From assembly GCA_002269645.1 (NCBI GenBank), contig NIVC01000977.1, positions 186,001-250,000 of the forward strand: 64,000 nt of DNA. The letters run 5' to 3'. The stretch comes from Macrostomum lignano. Its lineage: Eukaryota. Positions 50,459 through 62,391 of the stretch are shown here, piece by piece; the first letter of the stretch is position 1, and each line of letters begins with the position of its first letter. The notes under the pieces were generated by a model, which worked only from the letters and a program-made list of their open reading frames with translations, was not told the DNA's origin and did no database searches. The position numbers and the translations under genes are program-made.

Positions 50459-51434
50459 GATAGATAGCTTAGCATAGATAGATAGCATAAATAGATAGCT
50501 TAGCATAGATAGATAGCATAAATAGATAGTTTAGCATAGATAGATAGCATAAATAGATAGTTTAGCATAGATAGATAGCATAAATAGATAGTTTAGCATA
50601 GATAGCTTAGCATAAATAGATAGTTTAGCATAGATAGATAGCATAAATAGATAGCTTAGCATAGATAGATAGCATAAATAGATAGTTTAGCATAGATAGA
50701 TAGCATAAATAGATAGTTTAGCATAGATAGATAGCATAAATAGATAGCTTAGCATAGATAGATAGCATAAATAGATAGTTTAGCATAGATAGATAGCATA
50801 AATAGATAGCTTAGCATAAATAGATAGTTTAGCATAGATAGATAGCATAAATAGATAGCTTAGCATAGATAGATAGCATAAATAGATAGCTTAGCATAGA
50901 TAGATAGTTTAGCATAGATAGATAGCATAAATAGATAGCTTAGCATAAATAGATAGTTTAGCATAGATAGATAGCATAAATAGATAGCTTAGCATAGATA
51001 GATAGCATAAATAGATAGTTTAGCATAGATAGATAGCATAAATAGATAGTTTAGCATAGATAGATAGCATAAATAGATAGCTTAGCATAGATAGATAGCA
51101 TAAATAGATAGTTTAGCATAGATAGATAGCATAAATAGATAGCTTAGCATAAATAGATAGTTTAGCATAGATAGATAGCATAAATAGATAGCTTAGCATA
51201 GATAGATAGCATAAATAGATAGTTTAGCATAGATAGATAGCATAAATAGATAGCTTAGCATAAATAGATAGTTTAGCATAGATAGATAGCATAAATAGAT
51301 AGCTTAGCATAGATAGATAGCATAAATAGATAGTTTAGCATAGATAGATAGCATAAATAGATAGTTTAGCATAGATAGATAGCATAAATAGATAGTTTAG
51401 CATAGATAGATAGCATAAATAGATAGTTTAGCAT
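50459..51434. repeat. 31-bp compound repeat built from TAGA/TAGCA modules
   Basis: TAGATAGCTTAGCATAGATAGATAGCATAAA units. Confidence 0.94.
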
Positions 51435-51697
51435 GCAAATAATTTTTATGGTTTTTGACCGTACGAACTAAAAAGTGGACAAGAAAAGTACAGCAAAAAT
51501 ATCACTGGAGTACATGATTTAAATGTAATATAATATATATAATATAATATTTTGGGCATGATAGCAGTAGGGAAGTGATACATAAGCGTACAGACTACAC
51601 TTCTAAAGAAGCCTCGCTTGAGTGTTGAAAATAAGAGTCAATCTCAGCTATTATTTCAATAAGCTACTCTAAGTAGTCGATAGTTATTTAAATTATT

Positions 51698-54013
51698 TTA
51701 CTCCTCGTCCACAGTACAAGCGGACAGGACGATTGACACGATGAGGCATACGGTTGCTAGGATGCTGCACACAAAGCCGGCGTTGAGACTGTTGGAGGCC
51801 GCGTGGCCGTACTGCTGCACGCTGTGGAACACTGTGCCCAGGAACACGGACCAGCAGATTATGGTTAGGACCACTGGAATATGAATGAAGAATATAGGGC
51901 TTAGCGAAACTCAAACATGTCTCGTGAATGACATCATTTTGCTGAGATGAGATAGCCATGCAGAACTTCTGAGGAGGCGATCGATAAAAATAGATTTTTT
52001 TGCTGATAAAGTTTTACAACTCCAGGGAGAACTTTCAAATAAATTTTATAAATTTGGGCCAATCGGTTTAACTAACTTGAAAGTTCACGAAGCCTCAAGT
52101 GTTTGGGAAAGTACAGAGCTATAAGGAAGGCCTTGACCTTTGGTTAGAAGGACTTTGATGGTGCAGTATAGTTGTCGGGAGTTAAGTGAGGTAGGATCGT
52201 GAGGCTGTAGGATTTTTAGGGCTTGGGAATTATTGCGCAATTGTGGAAATTGTGATTTTGAGACTTTCGAGTGTGGGAATTGTGGTTGTGTGGGAATTGT
52301 GAGGGTGTGTGAATTGTGAAGGTGTGGGAATTGTGATGGTGTGGGAATTGTGATTGTGTGGGAATTGTGATTGTGTGGGAATTGTGAAGGTGTGGAAATT
52401 GTGATGGTGTGGGAATTGTGATTGTGTGGGAATTGTGAGGGTGTGTGAATTGTGAAGGTGTGGGAATTGTGATGGTGTGGGAATTGTGAGGGTTTGTGAA
52501 TTGTGATGGTGTGGGAATTGTGATTGTGTGGGAATTGTGAGGGTGTGTGAATTGTGAAGGTGTGGAAATTGTGATGGTGTGGGAATTGGGATTGTGTGGG
52601 AATTGTGAGGGTGTGGGAATTGTGAAGGTGTGGGAATTGTGATGGTGTGGGAATTGTGATTGTGTGGGAATTGTAAGGGTGTGTGAATTGTGAAGGTGTG
52701 GGAATTGTGATGGTGTGGGAATTGTGATTGTGTGGGAATTGTAAGGGTGTGTGAATTGTGAAGGTGTGGGAATTGTGATGGTGTGGGAATTGTGATTGTG
52801 TGGGAATTGTAAGGGTGTGTGAATTGTGAAGGTGTGGGAATTGTGATGGTGTGGGAATTGTGATTGTGTGGGAATTGTGATGGTGTGGGAATTGTGATTG
52901 TGTGGGAATTGTGAGGGTGTGGAAATTGTAAGAGTGTGGGTTTTGCTAGGGTGTGGTATTTTCAAGACTTATGAATTTCGAGAGTGTGCAGAGCCACAGT
53001 GAAATATTTAGAGAACTTGGGATTCACAGAGCCAACAGCGGCTACTGGCACTCACAGGCCATGGCACACATTCCGGCCAGCGTGAATGCCAGCCGTTTCT
53101 CCTTGTACCGGTGCCGGATCACGTTGGTGTCGTTGCAGGCGGTCACCAGCAGCAGAAACAACGCCCCGAAGGTCAGGCCGATGCACACAAACAACAGCAC
53201 CCGGATGGCAATCAGGGCTCCGCTATGCGAGTCTGACAGGTGGTAGAGCGTCTTCTCAGTCAGGTGGGCCGATGCCAATCCCGTCTCTCCAGCCGATGAC
53301 GTCAGAGCGATGGCTTTGTCGGATGCCGGCGCAAGCGATTTCGACTTGGTGGCGCCTGCTGGCGTCGGTGTCGGCTTTGGTGTCGATGCTGCAGGCTGCG
53401 GCGGCGGCTGGGCGGCCGGCGCTGGCTGCTGCTGCTCTTTCTGGTAGACCATGATCGCGTGATGGTAGTGATGATAGTACGGGTGGTAATAGTGGTAGTA
53501 GTGATAGTAGCGAACACCTGCCGTTGTGCGGAATTAGGGTGGAATTTTCTAATGGAATTCGGTTACTAATTGTTGACACCTCTCTCCTCTTTCATTGTCA
53601 CTCATTAGCCCCAATTGTCACTCATTAGCCCCTGCCTTGTCACTCATTAGCCCATTGTCACTCATTAGCCCATTGTCACTCATTAGCCCATTGTCACTCA
53701 TTAGCCTCTTGTCACTCATTAGCCCCAATTGTCAGTCATTAGCCCCCAATTGTCACTCATTAGCGCCTTGTTACTCATTAGTCCCAATTGTCACTCATTA
53801 GCCCCTTGTCACTCATTAGCAGCCCTACAGCAGCCACACCCGGTACTCACGCCGTGTCTCCCACAGTCCCACGGTCACATAGGTGGTCACTCTGATCTTG
53901 TCAGTCTCCTTCAGCGCCACTTCAACCAGCATCCAGCGATCGCTGAACAGGCTGATGGTGAGCAGACAGCCGGATGAGCACAGGAAGAAGATCAAGGCGC
54001 AACTGTACAACAT
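51698..54013 (-). CDS. Claudin/PMP22-superfamily-like four-TM protein, about 266 aa
   Basis: complement(join(51698..51873,53056..53517,53851..54013)), phases consistent. TM1 ALIFFLCSSGCLLTISLF, then W...VGLW, three further hydrophobic segments, ends ACTVDEE*. An upstream exon is possible. Confidence 0.8.
52215..52940. repeat. 17-bp minisatellite in the claudin-like intron 2
   Basis: GTGTGGGAATTGTGATG units. Confidence 0.93.
53594..53820. repeat. ~18-bp repeat in the claudin-like intron 1
   Basis: TTGTCACTCATTAGCCC units. Confidence 0.9.
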
Positions 54014-54572
54014 GCCGCCAGCCAACTCCCCGGGGGGCAAGTCTGTATCTCTGCAGCAGAAACTACTAGAATGCAAACTAGGAGGTCTTTCTATTCTATC
54101 TAGTCAGCCAGACTGACTCTTAGGAACCAGCTATGGTATCGATTTGCGGGGGGGAGGGGGTTGGGGTTACTTTTCCAATGGCTACTTTATCCCCAGCTAC
54201 TCTTGTCATTCCTCCCCCCTTTGCAGCTCGAAAATTCAATGTGGCTGTGTGTGCGCATAAGCTCAGCTCGCTTCAATAGGAGCTATAGTTGAGACCAGTT
54301 GGCTCTACGCGGATACGGGGGACCTCTGGTAGCTCGTATGAGTTGGTTTGGGTCTGCCGGACAGAGTCAACTCAGTTCAAGTATATGAATCATATACACT
54401 TGGGCTAGTATGGTTTAAGTCAAATGAAATTATATTATAGAATTACTAAGCTATTGAATCCATAGCTCAGATCGCAGTTCAAGACATTTCCTATCAACAA
54501 CTATTTAGTGGAATCGGCTATTGAAATTTTAGATATTGTTCAGGATAGCTATAGATGCGGATTGAGCGCTTC

Positions 54573-55000
54573 CAGACCTTCCTCCCTCCTCTATCTGCCA
54601 CTTCTAGACCTTCCTCCCTCCTCTATCTGCCGCTTCTAGACCTTCCACCCTCCTCTATCTGCCGCTTCTAGATCTTCCTCCCTCCTCTATCTGCCGCTTC
54701 TAGACCTTCCAACCTCCTCTGTCTGCCGCTTCTAGATCTTCCAACCTCCTCTATCTGCCACTTCTAGATCTTCCAACCTCCTCTATCTGCCGCTTCTAGA
54801 TCTTCCTCCCTCCTCTATCTGCCGCTTCTAGATCTTCCTCCCTCCTCTATCTGCCGCTTCTAGACCTTCCACCCTCCTCTATCTGCCGCTTCTAGATCTT
54901 CCAACCTCCTCTATCTGCCACTTCTAGATCTTCCAACCTCCTCTATCTGCCGCTTATAGATCTTCCAACCACCTCTGTCTGCCGCTTCTAAATCTTCCTT
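54573..55000. repeat. 32-bp tandem repeat
   Basis: CTTCTAGATCTTCCAACCTCCTCTATCTGCCG, about 13 copies. Confidence 0.92.
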
Positions 55001-55258
55001 CCAAGATCTGCTGCTATCGAACACGCATGAATGCTGAGAGTGTGCATGTCTGACGAATATAAAGTCAGGCCCGCTGTACACCCTGTGTGAGTGCTGTGCC
55101 TGCGTACAGCATTGGCGCGCTTGCATCCGACAGGCGATTTCAATAACCGAAATTTTAACCGCATGCCTTTGCTTTGCTTTTAAGCTGCAATTCCATTCCT
55201 TTGTTTGAATTTGTTCAGAAGTACCACAATTCCTGGGGCTGTGTTGCTGCCCCAGGCC

Positions 55259-55948
<690 letters not shown>

Positions 55949-56742
55949 TACTTTGATAAGTTTGATAATATTCATAACTTTTAGAAAAAAAGCTCCAAAT
56001 AGATACACTCGTTTTCCGGACCAATGAAAATTTTACTTAAAGCACATTCTCACTGCTGTCAACCACCGTCATGCATTTGAGCTGCATAAGGAACACCCCT
56101 CCGCCTAAAAAAGTCGGTAACTGGCATCAGGCTGCTACTTTAAGTAGCAAAGCAGAAGCTACGATAGCATAACAATTATTCTGTAGCCAAGCCGAACCGC
56201 ACCCATACCTCTGAAACGCTTTATTATTATGGGTTTCCCATAAACGTTTCCTTCTGCCAACAGTTCAGGAAGACAACGAACAATGGACTCGATGGTACTT
56301 TCTCTGTGTGATCTCTAGAGTCACATTCTCAAACTTCAGGCGAGGATTTTTCCTCTTCATAATCAGTATATTTTATAAGCTAACACACTGTACGCCAGCA
56401 AGGAGGAATAGGGGAAGAAAGTGGAATGGGGAGGCCCAATAGGAGCCGTCGGCCAGAGAAGATTCATGCATCACTCGAGGGTCGCATGGCTGAGCTTCTC
56501 GCTCGCCGATAATCAGGGCTATTTTTAGGCATGCAAAAGCTTGTTCACGCATCACGTGCGTGTCGGCTGATTTCTCCAATCCTCTTGCTAACGGCGGTTT
56601 GGTTTCACTTCTCCTCATTTCTTCTATTGGACGGTGGCAGCGCTGCCAATGGCAGTCAATTGTGACGCAAATGAGCAAAAATAGATAAATTCCAGCAAAA
56701 TGCGGCGCTCTCCGCATTCCACAGCACCGATACCGAGCCGAA

Positions 56743-57994
56743 ATGGAAGCTCTTTGGAGAATCCTGACAGCGATTGCAGCAGTTCTGATGCAGGCCTTCG
56801 GCAGGCCCGCAGGCCGAAGCGAGGACCTTGATGGCACTGAGCAGGAGATCCTGGCAGCCATTGTGTTCGAAAATGAAACAAAAATTTCACGCTACCTGCA
56901 GATGGCTTCTAACGTTGATAAGCTCTTCAGCATGTCTGTGATAAGATTCACACCGCTTCACTTTGCATGTGAAATGGGAAACGTCAAAATTATCGAAATG
57001 TTCATTCAAGCCAGAGTTGACGTCAATCTTCAACGAAGCGATGGCTGCTCACCTCTGTACATTGCATCAGCGGAGGGTCACCACCAAGTTGTTTGCTCAC
57101 TCATCAAAGCACAAGCTGACGTCAATCTTCAACGAAACACTGGCGAGTCACCTCTGTACATTGCATCACAGAATGGTCACCACCAAGTTGTGAGCTCACT
57201 CATCAAAGCACAAGCTGACGTCAATCTTCAACAAAACACTGGCTCTTCACCTCTCTACATTGCATCACATTATGGTCACCACCAAATTGTGTGCATACTC
57301 ATCAAAGCACAAGCTGACGTCAATCTTCAAGAATTCAATGGCTGCTCACCTCTCTACATTGCATCACAGAATGGTTACCACCAAGTTGTGAGCTCACTCA
57401 TCAAAGTACAAGCTGACGTCAATCTTCAACAAGTCGATGGCTGCTCACCTCTCTACATTGCATCACAGAATGGTCACGACCAAGTTGTGAGCTCACTCAT
57501 CAAAGCACAAGCTGACGTCAATCTTCAAGCAGTCGATGGCTGCTCACCTCTCTACATTGCATCACAGAATGGTCACCACCAAGTTGTGAGCTCACTCATC
57601 AAAGTACAAGCTGACGTCAATCTTCAACATGTCAATGGCTGCTCACCTCTCTACACTGCAAGGTCATCACCAAATTGTAAGCTCACTCATTAAGGCACAA
57701 GCTGACGTCAATCTTCAACGAAACGATGGCCGCTCACCTCTCTACATTGCATCAGCAAAGGGTCACCACCAAGTTGTGAGGTCACTCATCAAAGCACAAG
57801 CTGACGTCAATCTTCAAGAAAACGTTCATGGCTCGTCACCTCTCTGGATTGCATCACAAAATGGTCACCACCGAGTTGTGAGCTCACTCATCAAAGCACA
57901 AGCTGACACCAAGGTTGAGCATATTCATTATCAAGAAGTCGCTGAAAACACATCTGCTGTGGAAGAGCCACCGAAAAAGTCACTATTTGGGTAA
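56743..57994 (+). CDS. Ankyrin-repeat protein (about 10 repeats), frameshifted once
   Basis: FTPLHFAC, then nine 99-bp SPLYIAS...G...V..LIKAQADVN units. Relative to neighbouring units an 8-nt deletion at 57660/57661 shifts the frame. Ends at stop 57992-57994 or at GT donors 57914 / 57991. Confidence 0.9.
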
Positions 57995-58164
57995 TTTTCA
58001 GTCATTAGATTTGTTTTCTTCATTTTTTCGTTTTTCATGTTTTTTCGTTTTTGATTCTTAATAACTTTTTTATTAGTTTTTACGGGTTCGAAGTAGATTG
58101 TATAATAGTACCATCAAGTGGTAATGAGAGGCGGTTCTGTAAGGTGGAGCACCGCGCAAGTAGT

Positions 58165-59418
58165 ATTGGTATATATTGAAAATGAACATCAAGTGAATGA
58201 GAGAACGTCACAACCGAAGTGAGTGTGTATGGTCATCCTCAATATATACCAATAAACTACTAAAAATATCTAGTTAGTGAAGCTGATGCAATAGGTAAAA
58301 CAGCATCAGCAGCAAAGAACATATCTGATGCGAAGAAATCATACAGGGACATGTCTAAAGCAGGTGAGGAACTGGAATATATTAAAAAGAAACTTAGAGA
58401 AAAGGAAGCAAAGATAAGAATGCATGGAAGAAGAGCAGCAGATACAGTGTAGCCTCGCAATTAAAGAAGGCTATTCAAGATATTGTTAAAATGGCTCGCT
58501 TCTAGGATCAACAGAACAGTCTCAAGTATCTTCAAGACAAGGCAATGGTTTGAAGAAATTCTGACATAAAAAATGAGCGAGAAAAATACTGAAGCAAGAC
58601 TCAATCGCTGTATTGGTGAAGGAACTCCACGATATGTCAACTATAAATATAGCAATTTTCTCGGTGTATTATAGACACTGTGGAGAGAATGAAATGGTTG
58701 TCAATAGCGACTAGATGGGGCAAGAGATTTTGAGTACTGTTGGATCCGCGTATAGGCAACTTAGCTCCCCTTTCCGAGTACAATAGACTCTTTGAGAGTA
58801 CACACATGGCAAGTTCCCTTTTTCCGAGAACAATGGATGCTGTACATTTTGGATTGTAAGTTCCCCTTTTTCTATTGGGGAAGTTGATGTCTGCATAGCG
58901 GCTCTTTGACGATATTTCTAGTAAAATTTGATAATTTCTAGAATTTTGTCGTGTTTAATTTTATTCCAAACTCATTTTTAAGAGGAAAAATTAAAATATC
59001 TTCAATTTCTAGAGGATATATGTCTCGACACTTTATAAATACCTCATCGATTACACTCTAGCTGTTTTGATAAGTCCCACATTTTCTGCCATTTTTGACC
59101 CTAAAAATGTTCGACACATCAAAAAGCACTTTTTATTTTATGATTGGAATTTAAAGCTTTTAAGGATAGCTGAGATCATTACCTAGAAAATAGGGTTATA
59201 TACAAAATCAGAATAGTTTGAATCTGCCACTGCCACATCTGCCACACATCTTGGGCTGCCCAAAGGTGGTGCCACATGTTACCTAATGGGAATTTAAGGT
59301 TTTTAACACAACCCTCATTTTTAAAGATATTTTGTAGTACCATTGGTATATATTGAGGATGAACATCAAGTGAATGAGAGAACGTCACGACCGAAGGGAG
59401 TGTGTATGGTTATCCTCA
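58165..59418. repeat. Pair of ~77-bp direct repeats 1.18 kb apart
   Basis: ATTGGTATATATTGA...AACATCAAGTGAATGAGAGAACGTCAC...GTGTGTATGG..ATCCTCA at 58165-58241 and 59342-59418. Confidence 0.85.
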
Positions 59419-59918
59419 CTCGTACTAATACTACTCCCACCCCACCTCCGGATGCCCTACCCAACCCCCAGCCTGCCCTACCCTGATGTGTGAGGCTTGT
59501 GTGCACTATTATCGCTATTCTATTGTCTCCGTACTTTAGTGTACTTCAGCGTACACTGCTCACACCATATTGGTGTTCTCGACAATATATATCGGCTTGT
59601 TAACCCAGTGTCTGGGCCTAAGGGTTTTCATAGCTTGCAACTAACATGACTTGGTTTAGCCTGCCCCACTTCACCTCCGGGACCAAAATCTTAAGTCTCA
59701 TCCTCATCGCTAAATCAGTCCATTTCCTACCTGCCAACCATACAACAGACACTCGACATAGGAAGGCATTTAAAAGTAGACATTTTTTCAGGAACAAAAC
59801 ATGCAAACATTTGCGCTAAACTAAACTTAAAGGTTCAACTGCCTTCAATCAATTCATGCACTGTTCGGGAGAAACCCTTCTTGAAGTGCACGTTTTTCAC
59901 CAACAACTCACATCTTAG

Positions 59919-62391
59919 ATGCAGTCCCAGCGACTCAGAGCTGAGCGAGCAGCTGCACTCAGCACTGGAGCAGTCAGGCTTCACCGAATCCCGAGCCGCA
60001 TTGCAGAGCGCGGCTGCCGATGCCCTGCAGCAGATTCTGAGAAGTCGGAAGAACTACAATTACATTTTTTTGTGGTCGGCAGCTACTCAGAAGGCTGGGG
60101 CAACAGCCTGACGACACTGGACGGCAGAACTGACGCCCATTCCGACATTGATGTGATGCATTTGATTCCCGGCCGAGAATACCACCAGAGAGGCCTGTGC
60201 GAGTGCGATGGAGCTCCGGAGCAGCACGAGTTGGTGAACGGGCACATTCAGTGCTCAGGATTCGGTGAGTTCTCTCTGGGGGAGTGAAGATTGTCTGTTA
60301 GTTGTGTTAGTTCTGTTAGTGATTGCTTAAGACTTAAGATTCTGGCAGTGCAGACGTTTGCGTTTTGTCTTCTGCTTTTTCGAATTTCTGCTTCTCCTGT
60401 GTTTTTGTGTGTAAAGCATTGGTAGATTATGTGTAAAATGATAAGCGATGGCAATTGCCGTCTGAAACTAAGTAAAGGGGAAAACCCGGAAAGTTAACAA
60501 AACACGGAACATATTTGATAAGTGATAAAATATTATTCAGTATTGAAAGTGCAAATTCACAGTAGAAGTTCTTGTTTCAGAAGGTTCACAAAAATGGTTC
60601 AACCATGTCCTTGAGTTCCGTGTGCTGGGGTCGTTCCACTCTGGCAAGAATGTAGGAAAACTTGACAAGATTTTTGGTGTCAAATTTGAGTAGCATTGGT
60701 AAAAGAGGAGCCACACAATGAAGGGTTCAGTGAAAAATTGCGCATTCAGCAGTTTTTTGCAGCTTTCGGTATGAAGGTTCGCATCAAGGGAATTTTGTGT
60801 CTTTTGGTTGAGCAGTTTTAGTATGTTTGGGTAAGCTGCATATTGCCCAATCAGTACAAAGCATCACTGCACAGACTCATAGCTGTATTTTGCCTTATCT
60901 GGAACTCAATCGTTTTTACAGCCTCCAATCCTGCTCATGCGACACCCGGATTCACACTGAGGCCAGCGCTGGACAATGTCTTCGCAAGTCGTCTCTGCCG
61001 CTACCCGCCCATCGCGCCGCTGCTGCCAAACCGCGTCTCCAACATCCCCCATTCGGTTCTGGAGGCCCTCCGCAAGGCTCTCACCTCCGCCTCATCGCCC
61101 TGCCACGTGGTGCACGCAGCGTCTCCTGACCGAGGTGGCGAAGAGCTCCGCGTGAGCACCAGCTTCCTGGAGAACCGGATGCTGCGAAGTCTCTCTACCC
61201 TGCAAGGTCAACTGTTCGTCACACTCAAGTACCTGGTCAAGAAGGTCATCTGTCACAAGAATGGCTTCAATCAGCAAGGCTTGAAGTCCTACCACGTGAA
61301 GACCATCACCTTCCGAATGGTGGACGAGACGCCGGTCGAGCAGTGGAAGAAGGAGAACCTCGTGAGTCTCACGAGACAGTCGCTGCAGATGCTGCTCGAC
61401 TGTGTGGAGAAGAGCCGAGAGCAGGACAGACAAACACCTGACACACCTGACCGATCTCGGGGTCGCATCATGAATCATTTCTTTCTCAGCGATGCGGCCA
61501 TCTACCTCAAGGGTGCGGACAAGGAGAGAGCGGACCAGCATTTGGACGGCATCATGAGCACACTGAGAACAGTAATCGATCGGCTGCCCCAACTGCTGCA
61601 GAAGTTCATCGGCAGTCTCAGACCTGTGAGCGACTCAGGCACATTCTACTTCCACCCATTCCAAATCCTGCCGGATCTGAGCCCGAAGCCACTCACGGAG
61701 TCCAGTGCTCTCGAGTACTATCAGATCTACGACGTGGTGAGAGTGTCTGGTGCGTCTCTCTTGCAGTGACTGCAGCCCGCGATCTCAGGAGTCGCTCACA
61801 GAGCTGATTGCCAGACTGCCAGACTGCGCCCTCTCAGCACGGGAGGCTCTCAGAGCGCTGGCTTGCCTGAAGTTCGGCTACCGAGGAACTGCAGAGAGAG
61901 TCGTGAGCTTGTGCTCAGGTCACCCGGTGAGCAGAGGCATCGCTTGGTCTCGTGAGAAGTCGGCGACTGAAGCGACTGAGGAGTTCGTGATGCGGCATCT
62001 GAGGAGCCACGACACGGCATGGAAGTTCTGCTTCAAGTTCGACCAGCGACCGAAACTCGAATTCTTGCCAGGAGCTCTGAGGGAGTGCTTTCCCCTCCGG
62101 TTGTCAGGCAGTGCTGACTATTTCTACATGAACTTTGACGCTCTGCTACGGGCGCTGCGGCTCGAGCTGCGGACTGATGGAGAAGCGCGCGCTCAGGACT
62201 GGATCCGGGATGTGGCTGAGAGAGAGGACTCGGATGAGCAGGAGCTGCAGGTTGCCTCTTTTTATGCTTCGAATCGGGAGCAGCTTCAGGAAATAATAAA
62301 GAAGCTGAAGATGATGGAAGCAGTTCTTCGTGATGGGCTGAAGAAGAGACTGCTGGAAAAATGGCAGTTTTTGAGGGCTGTTTGGCAGTGA
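59919..62391 (+). CDS. Mab-21 / cGAS-like nucleotidyltransferase (cGLR-like), with frameshift(s)
   Basis: Exons 59919..60264 and 60922..62391 (GTGAGT donor, TTTTTACAG acceptor, phase 1). VVGSYSEGWG...SDIDVM, DNVFA...CRYP, LRVSTSFLENRML, LKYLVK, LKSYHVKTITF, HFF. Frame slips at the (GA) run 61739-61743 and probably at the T7 run 60065-60071. Confidence 0.85.

Noticed and set aside
58263-58365. Possible internal exon between the ANK and Mab-21 regions
   Set aside because: Its open frame needs a phase-1 join; the ANK donors are phase 0 and 2, and the phase-2 join gives an immediate TAG.
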